Positions 48,604 to 58,170 of a stretch of DNA of 64,000 nucleotides are shown here, one piece after another. The notes under the pieces were generated by a model. That model saw only the letters and a program-made list of their open reading frames with translations. It was not told the origin of the DNA and ran no database searches. Made by a program: the position numbers and the translations under genes. How positions within the stretch are numbered: position 1 is the first letter of the stretch; the number at the start of each line of letters is the position of its first letter. The stretch lies in assembly GCA_016699465.1 (NCBI GenBank), contig CP064977.1, forward strand, positions 138,096 through 202,095, in the 5' to 3' direction. The DNA comes from Candidatus Campbellbacteria bacterium. Its GTDB lineage: Bacteria; Patescibacteriota; Minisyncoccia; Phycocordibacterales; EsbW-18.

Positions 48604-49317
48604 TTACTGCGTTCTCGTGCTGGATGCAACGAGCTCAACAAGTTTCATAAACTCTTCTCTAGGGAGGCTAGACGTATGAACAAACGTCAAACCAAACGAT
48701 TCCGGAATCATGGCAATTCCGTTTTCCAAAAAACCGTCTTCCGTGAGGGGTTCGATTACAACCACATCCCTACCAGCAATCTTCATCACCTTTGGACGGT
48801 CCGAGGCAGTGTCGATTTCATCATAATTTAGAACAGTTCGTCCAATAATGATGAGCGCCTGGCTGTGCCCCTTGATCGAATCATCGTAGGTGTAGGTCTT
48901 TTTGGCGATATACGGAACGCCATTTCCACAAGCAACAACCCCGTAATCCATATCATCCTTTTGGATGGCATACTCAGTCGGAAGTTCGAGGTCGAGTGTG
49001 AGTTGACCAGCCTGATCGTCCGGAATAGTAATTGACGATGGCTCGAGACCACACACATCTTCAAACGACGTGTACTTCTCGGGTACAGGTACACCATGTG
49101 GAGCAAGGAAAATGCCACCAATGTCACCACTGAAACGTGGCTTGTTGCGTTCGATGGCAAGTGCGGCGTCACGAATCAAAATGGGGTTTGACAGACGCAC
49201 ATCATCACCGGCGACAAGCGTGGTGCGAAAGTACAACGTTGCACCAAATCCGGTCACGACGAGAAGAACGAAGAGAAGAATGGTACGGGGCGAGAACGTG
49301 GACGTCGAGATGCTCAT
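48604..49317 (-). CDS. N-terminally membrane-anchored hypothetical protein (start moved to MSISTSTF)
   Basis: TM ILLFVLLVVTGFGATLYF, AAGGA RBS; forms an operon with the downstream secreted protein. Confidence 0.4.
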   Translation of the reverse strand: MSISTSTFSPRTILLFVLLVVTGFGATLYFRTTLVAGDDVRLSNPILIRDAALAIERNKPRFSGDIGGIFLAPHGVPVPEKYTSFEDVCGLEPSSITIPDDQAGQLTLDLELPTEYAIQKDDMDYGVVACGNGVPYIAKKTYTYDDSIKGHSQALIIIGRTVLNYDEIDTASDRPKVMKIAGRDVVVIEPLTEDGFLENGIAMIPESFGLTFVHTSSLPREEFMKLVELVASSTRTQ

Positions 49318-49546
49318 AGTTTTTCCTTGTGAGATGGTGGTTATGAATAGAACTTGTTGATAATACCCACTACGACACGACAGCTGACACAAAAACTTTT
49401 TTCCTCCTTTCTGTTGTCAAAGATCTTTCTGGGCGTCAGTGTATACAAGAGAAATGAAGAAAAAATAAAATAATGTTTCTATAATCTAAGACAAGGATAG
49501 TGTAGCAAAACAAGGTCTAAAATGTTATTATTGCTCTCTACAAAGA

Positions 49547-51520
49547 ATGAAAGCTAAGAAACACCCCCATCACGACCGCCGTGCCCACAAAAATGAGGGT
49601 ACACAAAGGTCTCCACAAACATTTGAAAACACCATCCGTACTATTGCGCGAGGTGTTGGTTTTGTACCGCATCCAACATTAGAGAAAGAGGATATCCGTA
49701 TTGAAAGCGAGAATCTTAATACCGCTCTCAACGGAGACCTTGTAGAAGTAGAGCTTCTCGGAAAAAAACTCCGCGATCAACACCTTGGTCGTGTTACACA
49801 TATAGTGCATCGTGCACGAACAAAATTTGTAGGAAATGTTATTGAAGAAGACGGCATGACGTTCCTGGTACCCGATGACCGCAAAAGCTACATTAAAATT
49901 CTCCTTTCAAAAGATGAGGATGTGTCCGTAAATGAAAAAGTATTTGTGGAATTACTTCCGTGGACCAATCCTACCGAAACACCTCGCGGAAAGGTACTCG
50001 AACGACTCGGCAACAAAGGTGTTCATGAAGTAGAAATACGCTCCATTATCTTGGAAAAAGGAATTGACGATACGTTTCCAAAGGCGGTTGAAGATGAAGC
50101 CGACCGTATTCACAAAGCCTATAAAGTTGAAGAAGTGCTTGTAGGACGAAAAGATTTTCGTACCGTACCAACGTTCACCATTGACCCTGTTGATGCAAAA
50201 GATTTTGATGATGCTATTTCATTTCAATTTCTACCAGATGGTACGTATGAAATTGGTGTACATATTGCCGATGTATCACACTTTGTCACACCAGGAAGCG
50301 CCCTTGATCAAGAAGCCAAGAAACGAGCTTTTTCAGCATATCTCGTTGACCGCACTATTCCGATGCTCCCTGAAATTCTCTCTAATGACTTATGTAGTCT
50401 CAAAGCAGATGTTGATCGTCTCACCTTTTCTGCGTGGTTTGTAGTTGCACAGGACGGAACAGTACTCTCACGAAATTTTGGAAAATCAATCATTCACTCC
50501 GATAAACGCTTTACCTACGAAGAAGCTCAGGATGTCCTCAATGCTGGTGAGGGCCTCTATTTCAAGGAGCTCAACACACTTAATACTCTTGCAAAGAAAT
50601 CACGAGAGCAGCGTATGGCAGCAGGTGCTATTGATTTTGAACAACACGAGGTTCGTTTTGAATTGGCAGATGACGGCGTTCCCCTTTCCGCATACTTGAA
50701 AGAACGACTTGATACTCACAAACTTGTTGAGGAATTCATGTTACTTGCCAACCGTGAAGTTGCCGAGCACGCCTACAAAAAATATACCAAAGCACGTCAC
50801 GCATTCATCTACCGAATTCACGACACACCAAACATGGACAAAATCAAAGATTTGGCCTCCTTTGCGCACGCACTTGGCCACACACTCGAGATTTCTCCCA
50901 AAGGAACAGTGACCGGCAAATCACTCAATAAGCTCTTCAAAGACGTTACCGGAACACCTGAGGAGGATCTTATTGCAACAGCTGGAATTCGTTCTATGGC
51001 AAAAGCAATCTACTCAACAGCAAATATTGGACACTTTGGACTTGCACTTCCAGCCTACACACACTTCACATCTCCTATTCGTCGCTATGCCGATCTTATT
51101 GTGCATCGACTTCTAGATTACATGAACACTAATGGTCAACTTCCCAACAACGACTACGCAACGTATGCAGCCATTGCTGATAGTATTTCAAATCGAGAAC
51201 TTTCTATTATTGAAGCTGAGCGTGAGTCCATAAAACTCAAACAAGCAGAATACATGAACGCACGTGTTGGCCAAGAGTTTGATGCAGTCATTTCTGGAGT
51301 ATCTGAATGGGGTATCTTTGTTGAAGAAACAAATACACACGCCGAAGGTCTTATTCGTCTCTCTGATATGCCAAACGACTTCTACAAGTATGAACAGAAA
51401 AAGTACCGCATCATTGGACAAAAAACACACAAAGTATATTCACTTGGTGACCAAGTTCGTATCACCGTCAAAGCGGTCGACATCGACAAAAAATTAATTG
51501 AGTGCGCGCTTATTGCGTAA
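49547..51520 (+). CDS. rnr: Ribonuclease R / RNase II-family exoribonuclease
   Basis: RNB catalytic block DPVDAKDFDDAISF, C-terminal S1 domain. Confidence 0.9.
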   Translation: MKAKKHPHHDRRAHKNEGTQRSPQTFENTIRTIARGVGFVPHPTLEKEDIRIESENLNTALNGDLVEVELLGKKLRDQHLGRVTHIVHRARTKFVGNVIEEDGMTFLVPDDRKSYIKILLSKDEDVSVNEKVFVELLPWTNPTETPRGKVLERLGNKGVHEVEIRSIILEKGIDDTFPKAVEDEADRIHKAYKVEEVLVGRKDFRTVPTFTIDPVDAKDFDDAISFQFLPDGTYEIGVHIADVSHFVTPGSALDQEAKKRAFSAYLVDRTIPMLPEILSNDLCSLKADVDRLTFSAWFVVAQDGTVLSRNFGKSIIHSDKRFTYEEAQDVLNAGEGLYFKELNTLNTLAKKSREQRMAAGAIDFEQHEVRFELADDGVPLSAYLKERLDTHKLVEEFMLLANREVAEHAYKKYTKARHAFIYRIHDTPNMDKIKDLASFAHALGHTLEISPKGTVTGKSLNKLFKDVTGTPEEDLIATAGIRSMAKAIYSTANIGHFGLALPAYTHFTSPIRRYADLIVHRLLDYMNTNGQLPNNDYATYAAIADSISNRELSIIEAERESIKLKQAEYMNARVGQEFDAVISGVSEWGIFVEETNTHAEGLIRLSDMPNDFYKYEQKKYRIIGQKTHKVYSLGDQVRITVKAVDIDKKLIECALIA

Positions 51521-51527
51521 GAACGCG

Positions 51528-51575
51528 AAACAGCCCCGCCGAGTACAAAGTACGTCGGCGGGGCTGTTTCATTTT
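51528..51575. terminator. Bidirectional terminator between rnr and the propeller-like gene
   Basis: cagccccgccga/tcggcggggctg 12-bp stem with A/T flanks. Confidence 0.7.
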
Positions 51576-51588
51576 CGCTTTCTACTTT

Positions 51589-53457
51589 CTACATCCCCGC
51601 CAGCTGTTGTTGGAGTAGTGCCACGAGTTGTTGAATCAGAGAAACAACCTGTACTTTGATATCAGCGATGAGTTTCGTTCGTTCGTCAGGAGTGAGAGGT
51701 GTGTCGGATGTGGGTGGTAGTAGTGGAGATGGTGGTGGTGTAACGGTATGTGGTTGAGTGGTGGTACGAGTGCTTCCGCCACTTCCTCCATTGGTGTTTG
51801 AGGGTGAGTCATTAGCGGTGAGGGTACAGGTGTAGGTGGTGTTGAGGGACATGGTGAGAGTTCCATCTGATGCACAGTCGCCACCCCAGGTGATGTCATA
51901 GGTGGTGCCAGCGGGTGTTGCGTGGGTGAGCGTATGGGCGGTGGCGAGAGTCGTGGTGGCGACTGCGCTGGTGATAGGGAGACCATCAAGGTAGAGGGTG
52001 AAGTCTGCTACCTCTGCAGTACCACGGTCGTCGTTGGTGAGTGTGGTGGTGACGGTGAGGGTTGGTCCAATGTCGTCATTGGTGACGGTACATGCATACG
52101 TACTTCCCGCCTCCATGGTGATGTCACCGTTTTCGTCACAGTCTCCGCCATATGTGACGGCATACGCAGGGTCTTCTGTTTCGGAGATGGTGTATGAACC
52201 TGCTGACAGTGTGGTGGTGGCTACGCCACTGTCGATGGAGACACCATCAACAAACAACGGAAAGTCCTCGACGGCGAGTGTTCCTCCGTTGTCGTTGGTG
52301 ACTGTGGTGGTGATGGTGAGGGTCGGAGAAGAGGGCGGGTATGCAAACTTAAGATCAGCGTTGGTGGTGTCGTAGTAGCTTATGAGCGGAACGTCATCGG
52401 TGTCGAGAAAGATTGATGGGTACGTACCAACAGTACCCGATGAGTCAACAGTTTCAGTGGTGTTCGTCGAACAATCCGCATTGGTGCACTGGAGAAGCTC
52501 AAGATCGCCGTCCGCATCGTCGTAATATGCGATTCGAGCGAAGCCATCAGACCCCATGGCGGAAGATATACCCTGCCCCGCACCTCCCAACGGATCAACA
52601 ATGGTGCTGGTATTTTTCGTTGAACAATCGGCGTTGGTGCACTGAACAAAGCGTAATGTGCCACCACCGTAATAATAAATAATACGAACAAAACCATCCA
52701 AACCAAGAGAGAGTCCCGTGTTCACTAACCCGAGATTATCTGAATCAACAATCGTGATGTTTTTTGTTGAACACGACGCATTGGTACACTGAGCAAATTT
52801 CAAAAGAGCGTTATACGAATCGTTGTAACTAATACGCGCGAAACCATCGCCACCAATAACAAGAGACGTACCGTCCCCAAGCAGGTCGCCTCCGGGATCA
52901 ACTCCGGTGTCAACCACCGTAGTGACCCGCGTCGAACAATCGGCATTGGTACATTGAATAAATTTCAAACTATTAGGAACAAAGTCATCGTAACTATTGT
53001 ATGAAATGCGCGCGAAACCATCCCCTCCCATCGCGATAGACGTGTATCTTCCGACAGAACCAGTCGAATCAATGGTTGTTATGACATTCGTCGAACATGC
53101 GGCATTAGTACACCGAACAAATTTGAGATCTTTGTTTGTAAAGTCGTTGTACGCAATGCGTGCAAAACCATCAGCACCTATCGCAATAGACGTGTATCGC
53201 CCAACAACCCCTGTTGAGTCGATTGTTGTGACAACCTTTGTTGAACAGTCTGCATTCGTACACTGAATGAATTTGAGGTTCGTATTGGTAACATCGTAAT
53301 ACGCGATGCGCGCAAAACCATCCAAACCACGTGCGCTAGATACATACTGTCCAACGTTTCCCGTCGAATCGAGCGCTGTTGTTGTCCACGTCGCCGCAGA
53401 AACAAGTGATGGAACACTAATAATTAAAAACGCGACAACAAATAGAAGTTTTTTCAT
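51589..53457 (-). CDS. Secreted repeat protein: signal peptide, about eight ~46-aa propeller-like repeats each with a Cys pair, two ~85-aa beta-sandwich-like repeats, low-complexity Pro/Thr linker and a C-terminal helix
   Basis: Repeat unit TTIDSTGxVGRYTSIAxGxDGFARIAYxDxTNxDLKFxxCTNAxCST; C-terminal PTLTxTTTxTNDxxGT ... GGDC ... TYxCTxT repeated twice. Confidence 0.6.
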   Translation of the reverse strand: MKKLLFVVAFLIISVPSLVSAATWTTTALDSTGNVGQYVSSARGLDGFARIAYYDVTNTNLKFIQCTNADCSTKVVTTIDSTGVVGRYTSIAIGADGFARIAYNDFTNKDLKFVRCTNAACSTNVITTIDSTGSVGRYTSIAMGGDGFARISYNSYDDFVPNSLKFIQCTNADCSTRVTTVVDTGVDPGGDLLGDGTSLVIGGDGFARISYNDSYNALLKFAQCTNASCSTKNITIVDSDNLGLVNTGLSLGLDGFVRIIYYYGGGTLRFVQCTNADCSTKNTSTIVDPLGGAGQGISSAMGSDGFARIAYYDDADGDLELLQCTNADCSTNTTETVDSSGTVGTYPSIFLDTDDVPLISYYDTTNADLKFAYPPSSPTLTITTTVTNDNGGTLAVEDFPLFVDGVSIDSGVATTTLSAGSYTISETEDPAYAVTYGGDCDENGDITMEAGSTYACTVTNDDIGPTLTVTTTLTNDDRGTAEVADFTLYLDGLPITSAVATTTLATAHTLTHATPAGTTYDITWGGDCASDGTLTMSLNTTYTCTLTANDSPSNTNGGSGGSTRTTTQPHTVTPPPSPLLPPTSDTPLTPDERTKLIADIKVQVVSLIQQLVALLQQQLAGM

Positions 53458-53559
53458 ACATTTTTAAGTTAAACAACTCCACCAGCTAAAACCATATCTC
53501 ATATAGCATACCATCCACCCCATTCTTCGCGTCAGTACTTTGTGTATAACTTTTTTTAA

Positions 53560-53690
53560 ATAGTATGTAGTAGCTGGTATGTAGTATGCGGGAGGAGATT
53601 TTGGATATTTGCCTGCCTGCGCAGGCAGGATATTAGATTTTTCCACCCCCTACATACTAACTACCAAATACCAGCTACCATTCCTCTATC
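53560..53690. promoter_or_regulatory. Structured element in a divergent promoter region: perfect 18-bp palindrome CCTGCCTGCGCAGGCAGG flanked by imperfect inverted tacatacta / taccagctac arms
   Basis: Read directly; the tacatactac motif recurs at 59080-59105. Confidence 0.35.
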
Positions 53691-53712
53691 TGGCGTTGTA
53701 CACTATGTACAT

Positions 53713-53964
53713 ATGCTTGGTACACCGTCATTAAATTTTTTTGGCACCATATCTTCTGCACTTCCGAACACACTCTCCCCTGTTATTCTGTGGGTGATTT
53801 TTGCAGTCGTCTGTATCGTATGGAGTGTCCTTGCTGGTATCCTTGTCTATCACTGGAATGCATATGATGCACACAGCAAACGCCTCATACGAGTCCGTCG
53901 TATCTTCTTTATTGGTTCTTTCGTTATACTATCCCTTGCCGCAAGTTTTATTTTTTCTCTATGA
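53713..53964 (+). CDS. Small two-TM membrane protein
   Basis: 83 aa; 4-nt overlap with the downstream bPH gene. Confidence 0.4.
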   Translation: MLGTPSLNFFGTISSALPNTLSPVILWVIFAVVCIVWSVLAGILVYHWNAYDAHSKRLIRVRRIFFIGSFVILSLAASFIFSL

Positions 53965-54524
53965 GCATCGAACACCTTGTACAACTCGAGGACGGTGAGC
54001 GTGTAATTCTTGAAGTGCGCCGACACATGTTTATGCTCTACAGTAAACTGGCATTCCTGCTCATTTTATTTTTTGTTCCACTCACACTATCTCCTGTTGT
54101 CGCAGCTGCAATAGACAAAGTTATGGGCGGCACATACGGAAACGTACTGATGGGTTTTCTCTTTATGCTCTGGTGCCTCTTTTTGTGGGTATTCTTTTTC
54201 TTTTATTGGACCGATTACTACCTTGACGTATGGATAATCACCAATAAACGTATTTTTGATATTGAACAAAAATCAGTCTTCCGTCGTGAGATTTCAGTTA
54301 CTCGACTAGAACAAGTGCAAGACGTTACTATTTCCATCAATGGTATGTTTGCCACATTTATGAAATTTGGAGACATTCACGTTCACACTGCGGGGAGCGA
54401 GATTGATTTCACTATAAAAAACGCAGCAAACCCACTTACTGTCAAAGAAACGATTATGAAAGCACACGGCGAAACGTACCAACACATGCAAACCCAAGGC
54501 GCACAACAAACCCACGTAGAATAA
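53961..54524 (+). CDS. Bacterial PH-domain (bPH_2/YdbT-like) membrane protein
   Basis: Two TM helices followed by YWTDYYLDVWIITNKRI ... typical of the bPH_2 domain. Confidence 0.65.
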   Translation: MSIEHLVQLEDGERVILEVRRHMFMLYSKLAFLLILFFVPLTLSPVVAAAIDKVMGGTYGNVLMGFLFMLWCLFLWVFFFFYWTDYYLDVWIITNKRIFDIEQKSVFRREISVTRLEQVQDVTISINGMFATFMKFGDIHVHTAGSEIDFTIKNAANPLTVKETIMKAHGETYQHMQTQGAQQTHVE

Positions 54525-54583
54525 CTCTCCGCTCGCCTGAATTACCTCAAAAGCACGCGTCGTTTTCTACTGAAAACGCGCTC

Positions 54584-54616
54584 ACTCTCGGACCCGCGTC
54601 CTCCGAGAGTCTTTTT
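54584..54616 (+). terminator. Rho-independent terminator downstream of the bPH gene
   Basis: actctcgga/tccgagagt stem plus ctttttcgg. Confidence 0.6.
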
Positions 54617-54637
54617 CGGCAACAGGCTCACTCCGTA

Positions 54638-54669
54638 CCACGAATTTTTGTAGCAACAAAAATTCGTGG
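54638..54669. repeat. Perfect 14-bp inverted repeat CCACGAATTTTTGT-AGCA-ACAAAAATTCGTGG
   Basis: Read directly; lies between two convergent genes. Confidence 0.6.
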
Positions 54670-54703
54670 TACGAAGCAAACTCTGATATTTTTTGCCTAA
54701 TGA

Positions 54704-54746
54704 AGCTATAAGCTAACAAGCTATAAGCTAACAAGCTATAAGCTAT
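54704..54746. repeat. Tandem 15-mer AAGCTATAAGCTAAC, about 2.9 copies, overlapping the smc stop codon; member of the ATAAGCTAACAAG motif family
   Basis: aagctataagctaacaagctataagctaacaagctataagctat. Confidence 0.8.
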
Positions 54747-57043
54747 TTGGCCACATGCACTGCTTCATCAAACGAAACAGACAACAATTGTGAAATGGCA
54801 TCGGCTCCCATAGTGATTCCGTAAAGCACTCCTGCCCGAGACATTGTTTCACGATTGTGCGTGATCAAGATAAGCTGTGTTTTCTTTGCAAGATTTTCAA
54901 TCATATCTCCATAGCGCTTCGAGTTTGCTTCATCGAGCGCCGCGTCTGTTTCGTCCAAAATAATGAATGGTGGAGGATTTACTTGAGACATTGCAAAAAT
55001 AAGTGCAATCGATGTAAGCGCACGCTCCCCTCCTGAAAGCATTTCCAAACCATGCACTTTTTTACGCGGAAGAGAAATATGAATTTCAACACCTTCAAGC
55101 ACTTTTTCTTCACGCGACACCTCACTGTCGACATGATTATCATCAGTAAGCCCCTCGATATCGGTGTCTCGTTTTGCCTTTCGAATTTCACGAACAACCT
55201 CAAGTGACGCACTTCCACCATTAAACATGAGTGAGAAAAATTCAGAAAACTGCTCGTTTATTTTTTTGATACCTTCAGCAAATTCACGCGCAAGTGTTTC
55301 TTCCAAATCAGCAATCAAAGCACGCAATGACACCGCAGATTGTTCCAAATCAGCAACTTCTTTTTCCAAAAATGCATCTCGTTGTGAAACCTCTTCAAAT
55401 TCTTTGACGATTTCATCACCACCTCCACTTCCTGCATCCTCCAAGCGAACTTTTGTACGTTCAATTTGTCGCTTGCGTTCGTGTTGTTCACTACGATCTT
55501 CTACAATTCCACTCTCGGCAAGTGCAGTAGACAAATCATCAAATCGAACCGCCTCAACACCCACTAGTGCACCCGCTTCAAGTAAATCACGTTTGTATTC
55601 CTCTTCTTCCAACTGGTAGGTATTTTTTTCACTCAGCAATGCTTGAATACGCATACGCACTTCTTGTTGTTCATTTGAAAGTGTAAAAATACGTCGTTCC
55701 ATTTCACGTCCCGAGTGCATGTCTGATTCGATTGTTTGTTGAATACGTCTGTATTCGAGAGCACACTCTTGCTCTTCTTTTTCTAGACGTAAACGCTCTT
55801 CTTCACGAGCCTGTGTATCACTTTCAAGTTGTGTAAGACTGTCGCGAACCTCCTGAATATCTTCATTGTGTACTGCTTCTCCACGAATGGTGTTCATAAA
55901 CTCAGACACGAGCGTTTTGATATCACCGAGTGCTTTTTTGAATTCTGTTGGATTATTTTGAGAGAGAGCGCTGTCTATCAAACGCCCCAAAGTTACCGTC
56001 ATTGAAGATACCGATAGAAACGGCACTGTTTTATGCGCTTCTTCCGATTGTTTGCGTTCCTCTTTTGCAAGGAGTGAACGAAGTGCAGAAATTTCTCCTT
56101 CAATGCGTCCGATATCTCGCACCGCCGCGTCTTTCTTTTCTCGCACACTGCGCATTTTTTCTTCCGACACTAGCAATGCATCCGACGTCACGTCTTTTTG
56201 AGAAAGTTTTTGCAATTCTTCTCGTGCATGAGCAATATCCTTTTGTAATTGCTCCATACGACTTTCTTGAGGAGAGAGTTCGTGTGTGATACGTGCAAGG
56301 GTGGAATCAAGGTATGCTTTTTCACGAGCAAAATATTCTCGATACGCTTGTTTCAAATCAAGAGCTAATTCACGTGCCTTCTCTACCTTTGCAACCTGTT
56401 TTTTTAAAAATGCCAGGTGTGGCTTAAGTTCACGGCGAATACTTTCAACCTTCTCAAGGTTTTCTTGTGTCTTCTCAAGTTTGTGCTCACTCTCTTCTTT
56501 TTTGTAATGGTAAATTTTAAGTCCAAGTGCATCTTCAACCATCCCTTTACGTTCGCGGGCATTCACCGACAAAATCCTGTCAGCCTCACCTTGCGAAATA
56601 ATATGGTGACCCGAAGCTCCAATGTGTGCACCAGAGAGAAGCTCGATGGTGTCTTTCAATCGAACCACAGATCCATTGAGACGATACTCACTCGTTGCAT
56701 CACGATGGATAATGCGCTCAAGGGCAACTTCGTCAAAGTCTATTCCAAAAAGTCGACCTGACTCTGTTGCATTTCCCATCGTTGTGTTATCAAACACCAA
56801 CTTCACATGCGCCCGATTGCTTCGCGGCACAGTCTTTGAACCATTCCAAATAAGATCTTCGGTGCGTTTTCCACGCATTGATTTGATTGACTGCTCACCA
56901 AGAACAAACCGAAACGATTCGGCTATGTTTGATTTACCAGAACCATTTGGACCAACAATGGCGGTAATAGGTGTTGTAAATTCAAGCGACGCTTTTTTGG
57001 CGAACGATTTGAATCCGGAAAGTTCTAGAGATTTGAGATACAT
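54743..57043 (-). CDS. smc: SMC-family chromosome condensation ATPase, compact 766-aa form
   Basis: N-terminal FKSFA ... IVGPNGSGKSNI Walker A; C-terminal LSGGERALTSIALIFA signature plus Walker B ILDETDAALD. Confidence 0.85.
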   Translation of the reverse strand: MYLKSLELSGFKSFAKKASLEFTTPITAIVGPNGSGKSNIAESFRFVLGEQSIKSMRGKRTEDLIWNGSKTVPRSNRAHVKLVFDNTTMGNATESGRLFGIDFDEVALERIIHRDATSEYRLNGSVVRLKDTIELLSGAHIGASGHHIISQGEADRILSVNARERKGMVEDALGLKIYHYKKEESEHKLEKTQENLEKVESIRRELKPHLAFLKKQVAKVEKARELALDLKQAYREYFAREKAYLDSTLARITHELSPQESRMEQLQKDIAHAREELQKLSQKDVTSDALLVSEEKMRSVREKKDAAVRDIGRIEGEISALRSLLAKEERKQSEEAHKTVPFLSVSSMTVTLGRLIDSALSQNNPTEFKKALGDIKTLVSEFMNTIRGEAVHNEDIQEVRDSLTQLESDTQAREEERLRLEKEEQECALEYRRIQQTIESDMHSGREMERRIFTLSNEQQEVRMRIQALLSEKNTYQLEEEEYKRDLLEAGALVGVEAVRFDDLSTALAESGIVEDRSEQHERKRQIERTKVRLEDAGSGGGDEIVKEFEEVSQRDAFLEKEVADLEQSAVSLRALIADLEETLAREFAEGIKKINEQFSEFFSLMFNGGSASLEVVREIRKAKRDTDIEGLTDDNHVDSEVSREEKVLEGVEIHISLPRKKVHGLEMLSGGERALTSIALIFAMSQVNPPPFIILDETDAALDEANSKRYGDMIENLAKKTQLILITHNRETMSRAGVLYGITMGADAISQLLSVSFDEAVHVAK

Positions 57044-57161
57044 CCCGTTAGAGGCAGATCGCGATCCGTATTAATCTGCGCATCATTACTGAAACTTATA
57101 AAACTTCTTTATCCAATCTTTTTGTGATATCCCTAGAAGCGATCGCGGCTTCTAATGGGAT
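57042..57161. repeat. Copy 1 of a ~120-bp element with 14-bp terminal inverted repeats (atcccgttagaRgc ... gcttctaaYgggat) abutting the smc start codon
   Basis: Alignment with 58894-59012; both termini and an internal gcagatcgcgatc-N7-atctgcg hairpin are conserved, the centre is divergent. Confidence 0.8.
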
Positions 57162-57227
57162 ACATACACGTTATCGATAAGGCAGTCTTTATTATCGCAA
57201 ATAATTTTCTTTTATGCCAACGGAAAT

Positions 57228-57254
57228 GCCGGCCGAGGGACTCCCTCGGCCGGC
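57228..57254. terminator. GC-rich hairpin gccggccgagg/cctcggccggc after the small minus-strand gene; followed by an ATAAGCTAACAAG motif
   Basis: 11-bp stem with a 5-nt loop; no clean U-tract. Confidence 0.4.
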
Positions 57255-57263
57255 CAACATAAG

Positions 57264-57566
57264 CTAACAAGAACGATAGAACGTCATGCGATGCGCCCCA
57301 CAGTCACAGCAATGCACCGTAGTTTCTCGTGCCCCCACCTTTCGATAGGCGATGTGAGCATGAGCACACTGGTTGATGTGTCCCTGCCACAAGAGCTGCA
57401 TAATCATTATCTTCTTCTTGAGAAAAACAATCAGCTCGAGAAAGAGGAATGCGGTAATGAAATACCGAAGCAGTTTACCCTGTAACCCCGTCAACACCTC
57501 AATAGAGTTCTTCAGTGATAACGCCTCGTCACTGACAGTAGTCCGAAACTTCTGCGAATTGGACAT
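57264..57566 (-). CDS. Small hypothetical protein with a hydrophobic core and a Cys/His-rich C-terminus (HCCDCGAH)
   Basis: AAAGGAG SD 5 nt before the second ATG; 100 aa. Confidence 0.35.
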   Translation of the reverse strand: MSNSQKFRTTVSDEALSLKNSIEVLTGLQGKLLRYFITAFLFLELIVFLKKKIMIMQLLWQGHINQCAHAHIAYRKVGARETTVHCCDCGAHRMTFYRSC

Positions 57567-57707
57567 ACGTTCTCCTTTCAAGGATATCCGAAAAAAGTAT
57601 ACTCAAAAACACAATGAGCGCAACACGCCTTTCATAGTTACTGACTTATCAACATATCTGAGTACTATCACGTCAGAACATGTACCGACAAAAGAAAGGG
57701 CTACGCC

Positions 57708-57944
57708 ATGGGCACCCATCAAAAAGTCGATGTTTCAGCACTTCGTACGGATGTGTTAGAGGAAGTGAAGAGCACCCTTCGTCTCACCCACTGCCCGAAG
57801 TGTGGTAACGGCATGGATTCGGACACCTGCTCTCTTGGTGTCGAAATTCAACGACCAGATAACGATTCCTTCGGTAACACCCAGAGCAAGTGGAAAACTT
57901 GTCCAGCGTGTCAGCTCGTTTGGCAACTGAAGCTTTGCAACTAG
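57708..57944 (+). CDS. Small zinc-ribbon protein (CPKC ... CPAC)
   Basis: 78-aa ORF, AAGGG RBS, + strand terminator at 58136. Confidence 0.4.
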   Translation: MGTHQKVDVSALRTDVLEEVKSTLRLTHCPKCGNGMDSDTCSLGVEIQRPDNDSFGNTQSKWKTCPACQLVWQLKLCN

Positions 57945-58135
57945 ACCAATGAAAGAGGCGACGGTATGGTTACCGGAGAAGGATACCTGCTGAGTTTGTA
58001 CGCCTTCAGTAACTGTTACTGTCGCTCTTCACTTCTGTACACTGGAGAGGTGTGGAACCGTAGACACGGTTTGATTATTGAGGATAGTAAGCGTGGACAC
58101 GGACGTCTTCCTTTCTAGTTCCTTTCTAGAACGCA

Positions 58136-58170
58136 CGAGGCACCTTCCTTACTGGGATGGTGCCTTTTCA
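58136..58170 (+). terminator. Hairpin aggcacc/ggtgcct plus TTTT
   Basis: 7-bp stem with a 14-nt loop. Confidence 0.4.

Noticed and set aside
52380-53400. Direct DNA repeats about 140 bp apart
   Set aside because: They correspond to the 46-aa protein repeats of the secreted propeller-like gene and are not an independent element.
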